DNA from: an uncultured Acidobacteriota bacterium
GTDB taxonomy: Bacteria > Acidobacteriota > Terriglobia > UBA7540
Assembly (NCBI GenBank): GCA_963804995.1
Contig: CAWDSK010000009.1
Coordinates: 224,001-288,000, forward strand
Reading direction: 5' to 3'
Length of the DNA stretch: 64,000 nucleotides
The translations under genes and the position numbers were made by a program. The notes under the pieces are model-generated. The model saw nothing but the letters and a program-made list of their open reading frames with translations, was not told the DNA's origin and did no database searches. This document shows positions 38,519 to 49,266 of this stretch, piece by piece (positions within the stretch are counted from its first letter, which is position 1; each line of letters starts with the position of its first letter).

Positions 38519-39844
38519 TTACCAGTCGTGGCATGCGGCGGGATGCGGGGGCGTGAAAGTGCCGCCGTGTTCGTGCCACCATGTTTGCCAGTTACTTTCA
38601 GCCCGCACCCACTCCTCGTGCGTGGGGTTTCCGGAAAGCGCAAGCTTGTGGCCCGTCAGGCCTTCCAACGCAAAGTTCGCAACCTGGCGAACCTGCGGTT
38701 CCGGATCCTTAAGCATGGCGATCAGCGGGAGAATGACCTCTTTCGTGCCCAGATTCTTCAACCCCAGGATGGCGTTCATCCGGTCGGTCACCTGTGCGGA
38801 ATGAAGGTATTCAAAAAGTGTCCGATAGACTCGTGCCGCGTGGAAGAATCCCAGCCCGTGCAGGACGTCACCACGCAGTGGTTCGCTGCTCCCAGGGAGC
38901 ATCTCGACCAGGGCGGGAAGGAACTCCGGGTCCGCTTTCTCTGCTAATAACAGCACCGCATAGGAGCGCACTGGCTCGTCATATCGAACCGCAGTAGCTT
39001 TACCTTCTAAATCTGTGGTGGCAGCCTGACCGCGTGCGGTCTTGAGAATGGCCTGCCAGGCTGCGGGCGTATTCAACCGTGCCAAGCCATTAAGGGCGTC
39101 GCGACGGTCCCAGCGATCAGGCTTTCCTGCATTCGCCATGGCCACCAATTGTTCCGTAAAAGACGGTTGCGGCAGATTGGTAACGACCAGCACCGCCTCC
39201 GCCGGGTTGGGGTTTTTAGGGTCGCGGATTGCATCGAGGTACGGTTTAAAAATGGCCTCGAGCTGAACTGCGGTGGAGGGCTTCACTTCGAAGCTCAGTT
39301 CATCCAGGGCCAATGCAAATGCAGCGGGTTTTTCCAGGAATTTCCCGGTGTGCGGATCGAGCGCCAGCAGTTTGAGTCGCCGCTCCGCGCGCACCTGGAA
39401 GCGGCCCGGGCCTCGGAATTGCGCCCACTGATTCAGCAGCCAACGTTCGGTGTGGATTTGTCCGGCAGGAAGCGTGACGGAGCCGTACACGACTGTGCCT
39501 GGCGCGCCTCCGCAGGGTTGGGGACCGGGGTCGTGCAGATTAATCCCTTTCGAGTTCCTCACCAGGAAATGTGGTTCCTGCTCATGGTCTTGCGCCAAGA
39601 CGCGACTAGGCGAGCGAAAGAGGAAGCCGAAAATCTGGCTCCCCGTATTGCTGATTTCAAAGTCGCAGAAGATCGGTTCGCCTGCCACGTATTCGGATTT
39701 TTCCATGCGGAATCGCGCCACATAATTCACTTGGGCAAGCGCCGGAGGGGGACAAAAACTTGTTGCCGCGAGCAGCAAGAGGAAGCCAACTTTTCCTGGG
39801 CACCAGGGGATTCGCCGGACCGCGCCGTCCATGTGGCCCATCAT
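38519..39844 (-). CDS. Secreted HEAT-repeat protein
   Basis: Signal-like segment; repeated helical units such as LIAMLKDPEPQVRQVANFAL. Confidence 0.7.
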   Translation of the reverse strand: MMGHMDGAVRRIPWCPGKVGFLLLLAATSFCPPPALAQVNYVARFRMEKSEYVAGEPIFCDFEISNTGSQIFGFLFRSPSRVLAQDHEQEPHFLVRNSKGINLHDPGPQPCGGAPGTVVYGSVTLPAGQIHTERWLLNQWAQFRGPGRFQVRAERRLKLLALDPHTGKFLEKPAAFALALDELSFEVKPSTAVQLEAIFKPYLDAIRDPKNPNPAEAVLVVTNLPQPSFTEQLVAMANAGKPDRWDRRDALNGLARLNTPAAWQAILKTARGQAATTDLEGKATAVRYDEPVRSYAVLLLAEKADPEFLPALVEMLPGSSEPLRGDVLHGLGFFHAARVYRTLFEYLHSAQVTDRMNAILGLKNLGTKEVILPLIAMLKDPEPQVRQVANFALEGLTGHKLALSGNPTHEEWVRAESNWQTWWHEHGGTFTPPHPAACHDW

Positions 39845-39960
39845 ACGCGAAAGTGGGACCGCAAGGGGTGTTTCTGTTAAGGGCCCAAAATTTGGTGGGA
39901 CGAAGCGCGCTATGCCGCTCTCCGCCGCGCATCTGGGACATCTTTTTGCAGTCCAGACGG

Positions 39961-40083
39961 CTAGTGCGGTGTCCGGTAATTAACTGGACATCGTAGCGCC
40001 CCGATCCATCGGGGCATTTGTCGGCAGGATGCCGGCGCTACGGCCAACACATTTGTCCAGCCATTTCGTGGACACTACACTAG
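39961..40083. mobile_element. CTAG-ended MITE carrying a GTAG-type REP doublet
   Basis: CTAGTGCGGTGTCC...GGACACTACACTAG; related copy at 42518-42623. Confidence 0.7.
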
Positions 40084-42103
40084 CCGAACTTTCGCACTTC
40101 AGGGTGTTGAGTTGGGTTAACTCGCTTCTTTTCAGTACAGGCATTGCCAAGGTCTGGCCTACAAACGCAGCATTCCAGCAGGAAAGATTTCCGGCTGGAC
40201 CGTGATCCTGGGCGGTGGCTGAGTGGGGAGCACGAGCTGCAGTTCGTGCAACAGGAGCTTTTGTTCGGGTGTCGGCTCGGTGTAGCGGGGCATCACTAAT
40301 CGGCGCCCATCCGTGGTCGGGAAAGACACATCGAGCATCTGCATGCCCGCCAGCTTCTCCAGCACCGCTTTCGGCGTCAGGCCCGGAGCGTGGGCCTGCA
40401 GACGCTGTTTCAGCGTCACCCACAAGCCGTACGCCAGAAAGGCAATGAGGATGTGGGCCTCGACGCGATGTTCTATTTGATGATAAATCGGCCGAATTCC
40501 CAGCTCACTCTTCAAACACTTAAAGGCCGCTTCGATCTGCGCCAGTTGCATGTAGCGGTCCCACAACACCTCGGGATTTTCCCCCGTCAGATTGGTGCGC
40601 AACAGATAATGTCCATCGCGCCGCTCCGCTTCCTCCAACTTGCTGCGCTCGAGCCGGAACTGGAAGGTCTGGCGAGTCACTTCTTCCTGGGCCTTGGGCA
40701 CGCTGATCTTCACGAAACCGAAGGCCCGTCCGGCTTCACTCTTGGCTGCTCCGATCTTCATCAGCAACGCATCACGCGTCGGACACACGCGCCGCAAGGC
40801 CCGCAGCCTCCACAACAGCCGTGCCAGCTTGCGTCGACGGATGGCCATCTCTTTCGCCTGGCGGCCTGCGCTCTTCGCCAGCACATACAACTCGCCTTCC
40901 TCCGCGAACAGTTTCACCTCTACCGACTCGCGCACCTTCCGCCACGGCAGTTCCGTCCACTTCGCTTCGTACTGCCGGATCTTGCCCCGTGGCGTCCCCA
41001 CCAGGTAAAACATCTCCCGCCCCGGGGTGCGCATCTCCGCCAGCAGTTCTTCACTGGGAACTCCCCGATCCATCATCCACACCCGCCGTGCCTTGCCGTA
41101 CACGCTCTCGATCTTGTCCAGAAAACCGCGCAAGCTGTTCCGGTCGGAAGTATTCCCCTCCATCACTTCGTAGGCCAGCGGGAAACCTTCCGGCGTCAGC
41201 ACCAGGGCGATCACCACCTGCCGACAGTCGAACCGCCCGTCCCGGCTGTAACCGTGGCGGGCTTTGGGAATCGCTTCCGCCTCTCCTTCCACATAGGTGC
41301 TGGTGAGATCGTAGAGGAGCAGATCAAAGCGCGCCGCAAAGAGGTCTTGCCACCGCAGCCGCAGGTGCTGGAACAACTCCGCCTTGTGCGCCAGTATTCG
41401 ATCCAGACAACGATAGAGCCGGTCCTTCTCGGCCACCGCGAAGTTCACTGCCAGCAACTCGGCCATGGCGGTCTGATCGAACCAGTGCCGATGCACACGG
41501 AATTCGCTGCCCGGCTCGATCAACCGGTTCACCACCAGCAGCCGTAGCACCTTCTCCCACGGAACTCCCTCGCGCCCTTCCGGCAACCTCGCCTGCCAGA
41601 ACTCGTCCAGCTTCAACTGGCGCCACAGCTCGCAGCCCAACCAACAGCCACCGAAGGTGCGCGGCCGCTCAACGCGCATTTCACTCAACTTCACTTGTAC
41701 GCCGTCCACAGCATCCGCAGGAAGTTCGCGGTCCTCCGGGAAGAGGCTCAGGGACGCGAGGACGCGACGGTCCTCGTCAAAAACCTCCAGCGTCTTGCGC
41801 CACGCGGATTGTTGGCTGTCGTTGATTTCGCCCAGATACAGCACCGTCCGATGCACGACCTTCGAGCGCGACACGCGCCGACTCTCGAACGATGCTGAAA
41901 TAACGATGTTCCTTGCCGTCCTTTTTGCGTCGATGAATCTTCAGGTGCACGCCCCAGAATGCCAGACCTTCGCGCCCCAGAAAAGAGGGTAGGTCGGGCC
42001 TACAAGCACTCTTCAACCCGCGCCCATTGAAGGCAAAGACCTTGTGCACCGCAAGCTGCCAAAATCAGCCCGGTAGCGGGTGGAAGTGCGAAAGGCAGGC
42101 TAG
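40080..42103 (-). mobile_element. IS1634-family insertion sequence
   Basis: Imperfect TIRs CTAGCCGAACTTTCGCACTTC and GAAGTGCGAAAGGCAGGCTAG. Confidence 0.85.
40159..41950 (-). CDS. IS1634-family transposase (apparent frameshift at about 41888)
   Basis: N-terminal HLKIHRRKKDGKEHRYFSI(V)ESRR; YDLTSTY, MDRG and IEAAFKCLKSELGIRPIYH motifs. Confidence 0.9.
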
Positions 42104-42517
42104 ACACATTGTCATCCTGTTTTACCATTTTTCATATTGTTGCTAACCATATTTGTTTTCAATAATCTCTCAGCTTTGGCAAACAGAAATCGCGAGCTGA
42201 CGCGCTTTGTTATCAATATGTTCTCAGCTTTGGGCATTTTTGGCGTCAAGCGACACATTGTCGACTAGAATGAACGGCTCAGACGGTGCGTTTTCGGTCT
42301 CATATTTACGCTTCACCACGGGGCCTCCCTACGGTGCGTTCCACGCCAAGTCCTTCGGGCAGTCGGCGCAGCCGGATTATACCAATTAGTAAGGCTTATT
42401 GTCAAGCTTTATTGTTGCGTGGGATGAACTGAGGGAAGTAGGGCCTTCACCTTCGCCGCGAACCCTGCCCACTCTGAAATTAGTCGCTCCGGCAGCAAAC
42501 AGCACCACTACCGCTAA

Positions 42518-42623
42518 CTAGGTGCTGTCCTAAATTTGGGCGTAGCGCCGCCATTTTGGCGGCACAGAATGCCGGCGCTACGGCCAACACAGTTGTCCAG
42601 CCATTTCCTGGACACTAAACTAG
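42518..42623. repeat. Second CTAG-ended MITE/REP copy
   Basis: Shares GCCGGCGCTACGGCCAACAC..TTGTCCAGCCATTTC.TGGACACTA.ACTAG with 40031-40083. Confidence 0.75.
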
Positions 42624-42718
42624 CAGACTCCGGGTTCGCCCCCCTATAATGGTGTCCCAGATGGGAAGGGGGCCACGCGCGTCCCATTCCGCCGCATCTA
42701 ACCCACGTGGGACTGGAC

Positions 42719-43561
42719 ATGCCATCGGGGTCGTCAATCCGTTCGCTTTTAGCCGGAGCGCTTTTGCTGGGTGCACTTGCTCTGCCCCGCGAGGCATGGG
42801 CGTCCCTCAAGCTCTTCCTGAAGGACGGCACTTTCCAGGTGGTCTCGTCATACGAAGTCCAGGGTGACCGGGTGCGCTACTACAGCGTGGAGCGCTCCGA
42901 CTGGGAGGAGATTCCAGCCGACCAGGTGGATTTCGCCGCCACCCAGCGCGCCCAGGAGGAGGAGAAGACCACCGCCAAGAAGCGCATCGAGGAGGCGAAG
43001 GAAATCGAGCAGCAGCGCTTCGAGAAACCGGTGAACCAGGGATTGGAAGTCGCGCCCGGCATCCATCTTCCCACCGAAGATGGGATTTACACGGTCGAGG
43101 GGCTGCGGCTGGTGCGCATGGTGCAGTCCTCCGGGGAAATGGTTACTGACAAGAAGCGGGCGGCGCTGGCCTTGGCCGTGCCTCTCCCGGTCATGAAGGC
43201 CCACTCCGTGGTGGTCCTCGACGGCGCGAAGGCGGCTGTGCGGATCGGCAACCCGCAGCCGGTCATCTACGTTCAGTCGGGTGACGGCCTGGGCGCGAAG
43301 GTCGAGTTGCTGCGCGTGAAGTCCTCGAAGGAGTCACGCGTGGTGGAGCAAGTGGAAACCAGCCGCGCGCCCGGTGGCAAACTGACGGAGCAGCGCACTG
43401 CGGTGCCGGTCGAGCGTACTCAGATCTCCCCCAGCCTCTATAAAATAAAACCCGTCCAATCGCTTGAGCCCGGCGAGTACGTGCTGGGTGAAATCATTCA
43501 GGAAAAACTCAACCTCGAGCTCTGGGATTTCGGCCTCGACAAGTGGGAATCGGTGAAGTGA
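42719..43561 (+). CDS. Hypothetical secreted protein
   Basis: Signal peptide ending in AWA; high GC3 codon usage. Confidence 0.75.
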   Translation: MPSGSSIRSLLAGALLLGALALPREAWASLKLFLKDGTFQVVSSYEVQGDRVRYYSVERSDWEEIPADQVDFAATQRAQEEEKTTAKKRIEEAKEIEQQRFEKPVNQGLEVAPGIHLPTEDGIYTVEGLRLVRMVQSSGEMVTDKKRAALALAVPLPVMKAHSVVVLDGAKAAVRIGNPQPVIYVQSGDGLGAKVELLRVKSSKESRVVEQVETSRAPGGKLTEQRTAVPVERTQISPSLYKIKPVQSLEPGEYVLGEIIQEKLNLELWDFGLDKWESVK

Positions 43562-43690
43562 GAGACGGTGAAAGAATGTCTGTCTTAACCGCAGAGGCGC
43601 TGAGACGCAGAGAAAATCCCTTTGGCCTTCAAGCCTCTGCGCCTCCGCGCCTCTGCGGTGAGAAGCTTTACGCAACCCCCCGCCCTGAGA

Positions 43691-44809
43691 TCACCCCGCC
43701 ACTTCGGAATTAACGGCCTGGATGAGGGCTCGGATATAGCCATAGCCGAAGGCGTAGGACTGAAGGCCTTTGGGATCGTCGGGATGGCGCGGCATATGGT
43801 CGGGAAAGATGGAACCCGCGAATTGCGTGTCGCGCAGGATGCGCATCACCTCAAAAAAGTTCATCTCGCCCTCATCGGGAAAAACTTCCGCAAAGTCGTG
43901 GAGCCCGCCGCGAATGTTGCGCATATGAATCTGGTAAATCTTCCCGCGCTCCCCGAGGTATTGCACGATGGGCAGGATTTCCCGCTTCGGGTCCCGCAAT
44001 CCCTCCGCCGTGGTTCCCAGGCACAGTTGAAATCCGTTGTAGGGACTCTCCACAATCGATTCGTAGCGTTTAAGCGCGGCGAAGATTGACGGTGAATCCC
44101 AATTTTCAGCGCCCTGGTAACCCGGCGGCAATCCCGGGGGATCGTAAGGGTGGCAGGCCATGCGCACGCCGGTCTGCTTCGCCACCGGAATCACTTTCTC
44201 AAGAAAATAGCTGATGCGTTCCCAGTAATCTTCGGAGTCAACTTTGCCGGAGCGGACCACCGGCAAACTCTGCCAATTGTCTTCGAGCTTGAAACCCTCG
44301 TAAGTGGAGCCGCCTCGTCCCGGCGTGTGGGTGTTGCGACGGATGGGGATAACCGTCCAGTGGTAAGTAATGAACTTGACGCCGACCGCCGATGCTTTCT
44401 GAATGTTGGCAAGGATGGCGTCCAGGGTGCGGTCTCGTTGCGGACCCTTCGGCAGCGTGATGTAATCCGCGCTCATGCGTATGGCCTCAAGCTGGACGCC
44501 ATAGTGATCGCAATCGTCCTTCATCCTCTTGAGTTCGTCCAGACCCCACGCGCCCTCCGGGGAAGTTTTGGAGAGCTCTACCGTGAGGTGCTTGACTCCA
44601 TAGCGCAAGTTGTACTGGAGATTCTGCGCGGAGGTGATGCCGGACCCCGCCACGCTGTGGTAGTCGCCACCCACATGCATCAGAGTATTCTGCCGGGGCG
44701 CGCCCGCGATCTTTGCCGAAGCGCTCCCGCTGCTTAAAGATCCCGCCCAGCCGGCTCCCATCGCTCCGGTAACGAGTTTCCGTCCAAATTCTCTTCGTTT
44801 CATCGTCAT
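43691..44809 (-). CDS. uxuA: Mannonate dehydratase-like protein with Tat signal
   Basis: KRREF; FLEKVIPVA, MACHPYDPP, IHMRN, EVFPDEG and PDHMP motifs. Confidence 0.82.
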   Translation of the reverse strand: MTMKRREFGRKLVTGAMGAGWAGSLSSGSASAKIAGAPRQNTLMHVGGDYHSVAGSGITSAQNLQYNLRYGVKHLTVELSKTSPEGAWGLDELKRMKDDCDHYGVQLEAIRMSADYITLPKGPQRDRTLDAILANIQKASAVGVKFITYHWTVIPIRRNTHTPGRGGSTYEGFKLEDNWQSLPVVRSGKVDSEDYWERISYFLEKVIPVAKQTGVRMACHPYDPPGLPPGYQGAENWDSPSIFAALKRYESIVESPYNGFQLCLGTTAEGLRDPKREILPIVQYLGERGKIYQIHMRNIRGGLHDFAEVFPDEGEMNFFEVMRILRDTQFAGSIFPDHMPRHPDDPKGLQSYAFGYGYIRALIQAVNSEVAG

Positions 44810-45010
44810 CCTGCTTCCCCAGGCTCAACCGGCGCCGGCGCGTGTTCCTGGGGCGCCACCGTCGGGCCTGCGCGCAAGTATCTTGTAAAGGGATGCCGAT
44901 TCTATGTCGCACGAATCAGGGTGTCAATCTGGCGACACCATGACTATCCGTTCCGAGCCGTGCCTGCCGAGACAGACGGCGCTTTCAAGCTCGACCCTCA
45001 CACCCGACAC

Positions 45011-45520
45011 TCACTGCGCGCGATAAACGTCGTGCCAGCCACCCGTGGGCAACACGGCTCCCAGGCCGGTTCCTACTGCCGCACCTACAAACCCTCCCAA
45101 CGCGGCACTGGCAGCATTGGTGCAGGATCCCTGCGCACATTTCCCTTGACCCAGTTCAGGGGAAGCAACACCGACCGCGACCCCGGCGCCGGCGCCGACC
45201 GCGAGGCCGATGAGCGCGTTCCGGCCGCGATGGCTCTTGCCTGGTGAGGAGACCCGGAGAATACTTTGGCGCTCGAACGTCTGGTCCCCTCCGCCCGTGC
45301 GGATCACCAAAGCCTCATCACTCACCGCTTGCAACTGCCCGGTGTAAGCTTTGGCGTCGTTCAGCACGACGCGGATTTGCTGGCCATTCGCCAATTCCTT
45401 GAGGCTTTCCCAATTGGCCTGAGTCGATTTGGGCTCCACCGCATGGGTGGGCGCGCTCCCCATGAAACCAATAACCAGGACCGTCATCCCTATTGCGAAG
45501 AAGTGTTTTCGACGATTCAT
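45011..45520 (-). CDS. Hypothetical secreted/membrane protein (paralog of 45644-46102)
   Basis: GGAGGTGG RBS; signal peptide; WESLKEL..GQQIRVV; Gly-rich TM hairpin. Confidence 0.75.
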   Translation of the reverse strand: MNRRKHFFAIGMTVLVIGFMGSAPTHAVEPKSTQANWESLKELANGQQIRVVLNDAKAYTGQLQAVSDEALVIRTGGGDQTFERQSILRVSSPGKSHRGRNALIGLAVGAGAGVAVGVASPELGQGKCAQGSCTNAASAALGGFVGAAVGTGLGAVLPTGGWHDVYRAQ

Positions 45521-45643
45521 GTTCCACCTCCTGAAGATGTCAGGCTCTTGACCCTTCTCATACTCGTGGGTTGGGCGGACCGAGGGCAGCAATCAGGTTT
45601 GGTAATGACCGTCGTCGGTCCAGTTTTCGAGTACCCTGGGCGG

Positions 45644-46102
45644 CTACTTTTTGATTCGGTACACCGTTCGACTGCCGGGGATCATGCCCAGGGCGGCTCC
45701 GCCGCCGAAACCGGCCGCGATGGCAGCCGCACAGGCACCGCAACTATTGCCTTCGTTACTGCTGGCCCCCAGGGGTACAGCGGTTGCTGCTATGGCAATC
45801 CCGCCCGCAATGCCCGCTCCCAGCAGCATGTTACGCGTACGATGCGAAGTGTCGCGCACGCTGACGCGGACAACATCCGCCCGCTCAACCGTCACTTCGA
45901 TCTTCCCCTGCTGGAGCGCGATCGCCTGGTCAGTGAAGCTCACGAACTTTCCACTGAACGTTTTCATCTTTGCGTCTACGACTTCGACCTTTTGCCCCGG
46001 CTGCAACTGCTTGAGATTGTCCCAGGAATCCTTGGCCTCCTCGGCCAGGGTGAAAACGGGGACCAAAAGGATAATCAAGAAAGCCGTTACCATTCTTCTC
46101 AT
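45644..46102 (-). CDS. Hypothetical secreted/membrane protein (paralog of 45011-45520)
   Basis: AGGAGG RBS; WDNLKQL..GQKVEVV; Gly-rich TM hairpin. Confidence 0.75.
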   Translation of the reverse strand: MRRMVTAFLIILLVPVFTLAEEAKDSWDNLKQLQPGQKVEVVDAKMKTFSGKFVSFTDQAIALQQGKIEVTVERADVVRVSVRDTSHRTRNMLLGAGIAGGIAIAATAVPLGASSNEGNSCGACAAAIAAGFGGGAALGMIPGSRTVYRIKK

Positions 46103-46401
46103 GACTACCTCCTTAGGTGGGAAACGCTGGCGCCGCAGCGCCTTAGCTCGGAATAGGGCAGGCGGAAGGCCAAACGGCTTGGAGTGCTAACCCTCTGGTA
46201 AGTAAGGCCAAGTGAGGTGAGGCGGGCAGGAATAGCGGGCACACAGGAGCATGAATTTGCTGACACTAGAGGGTCGCGCTTGCGGCCAGGATCTCGAAAT
46301 CGCGCCTCAGTAGCCCTGGTGGGTACCTCCATAGGCTCCTTCTTCGCTGGTTAGCGTACTGACTGGGATAGGAGGGATAGACCGGACCAGTTCGTGGAAA
46401 A

Positions 46402-46707
46402 TCAGCGGCGTTGCTGATCGATCAATCGCAGGAGGCCGACGCCGGCGTGTCCAACAGGCACTGCGGCACGGGAGAAACCAGAAGGTAGGAAGATTAAGGA
46501 AAGCAAGCCCTTGCCAAAGGCCGAAGTTGCCCGTGGGTCAGGCGCGCCGGCGCGTGACGAAATTCCCTGCGGAGGCTGAACGTTGTATACCGCCACCTCA
46601 CCGTCGTTCGAGACATCGTCGCCCAGGCTCATACACTCGGGTACTTCGCGACCCATCACACCAATACACAGGAATAGGGTCACATACGCGAAGAATCGTC
46701 TGCACAT
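46402..46707 (-). CDS. Hypothetical small protein
   Basis: Hydrophobic N-terminus; plausible ORF only. Confidence 0.45.
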   Translation of the reverse strand: MCRRFFAYVTLFLCIGVMGREVPECMSLGDDVSNDGEVAVYNVQPPQGISSRAGAPDPRATSAFGKGLLSLIFLPSGFSRAAVPVGHAGVGLLRLIDQQRR

Positions 46708-47014
46708 GTGAGCAACCTTATTGGCCCGAAGGTACACCTACAGAGGGTGCAAGTCAAGGCTCACATGAGCCAAGCCCTGTAATGGATTTCGAGTTCGAAT
46801 CCGTCAATGATCACTTGACACCTTGCGACACTCAAAAAGGATTTTGACCTCTAGGCGTGGTCTATTTCGCCCCTAACGGGGATCGCGCGGGATGGGGGCC
46901 CCGAAAATTGAAAATCCGCTGCCCATTGCATGTGCAGGCGGTCAGCCGTATGCTGGCGGTCGCCAAAGAATCGAACCAGGAAATTTCGGCCAATGCAATT
47001 GGAGCTTGGATCTC

Positions 47015-48013
47015 ATGAAGACAATCGTACTGGAAGAACCCGGCCGGTTCACGCTCACCGATACCGCGCCGCCGGGCAGGCCGGGACCGGGTGAAGTGCT
47101 GGTGAGGGTATTGACGGTCGGCATCTGCGGCACCGATCTCCACGCCTTCGAAGGCACGCAGCCGTTTTTTAGATACCCGCGCATTCTCGGGCATGAGCTT
47201 GCCGTGGAAGTGGTTGAGACGGGCGACGGCGTCAGCGACTTCAAGCCCGGTGACCGCTGTGCGGTGAACCCCTACCTGACCTGCGGTGAGTGCGCGGCTT
47301 GTGTGCGCGGGCGGACGAACTGCTGCGCGAAGATGTGCGTGATCGGGGTCCACAGCGATGGCGGCATGCGCGATCGCATTCTGCTACCGGCGAAACAGAT
47401 GTACAAGTGTGAGAAGCTGCCGCCGAAACACCTTCCGCTGGTGGAGACGCTGGCCGTCGGCATCCACGCCGTAGGGCGGGCGGCGGCACAGCGGGGCGAG
47501 CGCGCCATCGTCGTGGGCGCCGGTCCCATCGGGCTATCGGTGCTCGAGTTTTTGCGGCTCGCGGGCGCTGATATCGCCGTGGTGGAGAAGTTGCCGGAGC
47601 GGCTCACCTTCGCGGCCCGCCACAATGGCTTGAAACGCTATTATCCCTCCCACCAGGAAGCGCGGCAGGAAGAGCCGTCCATGCTGGTGTTCGATTGCAC
47701 CGGCGACCGCGGCTCCATGGAGCAATCCCTTAACCTGCTCCAGCAGGGTGGCAAGTTGATCTTCGTAGGCCTGGTCAACGATCACGTTTCCTTGTTCGAC
47801 CCGGACATCCACCGCCGCGAGGCTACCATCCTGTCGAGCCGCAACAGCACTGCGGCTGACCAGCATCGTGTGCTCCAATCAATGGAAAGCGGGCAGGTTG
47901 ATGTCGGGACGTGGCCCACCGAGTTCGCCACCCTCACCCTTATGCCCCAGCGCTTTCCAGCCTGGCTGCATCGCGAGGCCGGCGTGGTCAAGGCGGTGGT
48001 CGACTGGTCGTGA
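47015..48013 (+). CDS. Zn-dependent alcohol dehydrogenase (L-galactonate oxidoreductase-like)
   Basis: GICGTDLHA, GHEL, CGECAAC..C and GAGPIG motifs. Confidence 0.9.
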   Translation: MKTIVLEEPGRFTLTDTAPPGRPGPGEVLVRVLTVGICGTDLHAFEGTQPFFRYPRILGHELAVEVVETGDGVSDFKPGDRCAVNPYLTCGECAACVRGRTNCCAKMCVIGVHSDGGMRDRILLPAKQMYKCEKLPPKHLPLVETLAVGIHAVGRAAAQRGERAIVVGAGPIGLSVLEFLRLAGADIAVVEKLPERLTFAARHNGLKRYYPSHQEARQEEPSMLVFDCTGDRGSMEQSLNLLQQGGKLIFVGLVNDHVSLFDPDIHRREATILSSRNSTAADQHRVLQSMESGQVDVGTWPTEFATLTLMPQRFPAWLHREAGVVKAVVDWS

Positions 48014-48089
48014 TGGCCTCTTTGCCAACGCTACGTTCGCTCACATGACGCACAAAGACCCGTCCGGATGCATCCGGCCGCCACGCTTG

Positions 48090-48404
48090 CTACCAGTGAA
48101 TCAGATTGTCCGGGTCTTCCACCAAGACCATTTCGTGCTGTTCCAACATGGGCAGCAGCACGTCCTCCAGCTCGCGCTTCCAGACTTCCCCGTCATAGAA
48201 CTTCGCTCTCATCCGCTCACGCGAGGAGAGGTCAGGGAAGCCGCGCATCCAAAAGAAGGTGTCAGGATCTTCGAGGGAAAGAAAAGGACCCAATACTTTC
48301 ATCCCGATTTCCACGTGCGCCGGGATCGCCTTGGAGCAGAATACCTCCAGGAACCGGGCGCGGCTGCCGGGCTTAGTTTTGTACGTCCTCATTTCGATGA
48401 CCAT
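48090..48404 (-). CDS. NIPSNAP family protein
   Basis: IEMRTYKTKPG...FFWMRGFPD motif; GGAGG RBS. Confidence 0.85.
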   Translation of the reverse strand: MVIEMRTYKTKPGSRARFLEVFCSKAIPAHVEIGMKVLGPFLSLEDPDTFFWMRGFPDLSSRERMRAKFYDGEVWKRELEDVLLPMLEQHEMVLVEDPDNLIHW

Positions 48405-48477
48405 TTGAACGCCTCCTCCCACAGACTTGCGCAATCGGCGCAAAAGGTCAAGCCAGTGTAGCGCGGCATGGTTCGTA

Positions 48478-48613
48478 GCGCGGTCCCCCGGTATTGGGGT
48501 CCGCGGTTCTTCATTTCGAAAATCTGCAAATCTCCAACCCAGGCGGCTTCTTCGCCATGGCACATTTGCTCAATCGGTGCACGAAGAACCGCCCCGAAGC
48601 GTCGGGGCGCTAC
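48478..48613. repeat. GTAG-type REP doublet (family F, related to family A)
   Basis: GTAGCGCGGTCCCCCG..TTGGGGTCCGCGGTTCTTC; related copies at about 49767, 60159 and 61219. Confidence 0.75.
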
Positions 48614-48909
48614 TCTAGCTTGCCGCTGGGATTTCGGGCATGAGGAAAGCCCACGGTCAGAAAAACGCTGACCGTGGCTACCCACCCCTTCGCCACGATT
48701 CATTTGCTCACATTGCGCAGGAAGAACCGCCCCGATTTGAGCCCTAACCCTCGCCCCTTTGGGGGAGAGGGTGGACCGCAGCCGGCGTCTTCATCAGCCG
48801 GGGCGGGACGGGTGAGGGGGTCACACAACAACCAAGTGAGGAACAAGCAAACGTCGGCGAAAACAAAGAACCGTCCCGATGCCTCGGGGTGCTACCTCAC
48901 ACCACGCAC

Positions 48910-49266
48910 TCAGTCTTCGACGAACGCCTTCAACCTGGACAGTGCCTGGTCCCATTGCGCCGAGACGAAATCGAGGTATTCCTTAATCTCCGCCATCGGC
49001 TTCGGGTCAAATTCGAATAGGCTCTCGCGACCCATACGGACGCTGTGCACGATCCCTGCTCTCTCCAACACGCGGAGATGCTTGGTAATCGCCTGCCGGG
49101 TCAGCTTGGAACCCCCCGTTAGCTGAGAAATCGAACAAGGCCGCCCTCTACTGAGCTTCGCCACTAGCGAGAGCCGTGTCTTGTGCCCCAGCGCCACAAA
49201 CGCCGGGACGCGAGCCTGCCGCTTGAGGGCCGTCCTGCTATGACGTTTGGGCGACATGTTTTTCAA
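48910..49266 (-). CDS. ArsR/SmtB family transcriptional regulator
   Basis: FVALGHKTRL and LTRQAITKHLRVLERAGIV motifs. Confidence 0.9.
   Translation of the reverse strand: MKNMSPKRHSRTALKRQARVPAFVALGHKTRLSLVAKLSRGRPCSISQLTGGSKLTRQAITKHLRVLERAGIVHSVRMGRESLFEFDPKPMAEIKEYLDFVSAQWDQALSRLKAFVED

Noticed and set aside
42104..42500. AT-rich stretch as a possible gene or ncRNA
   Set aside because: No credible ORF or recognisable RNA structure.
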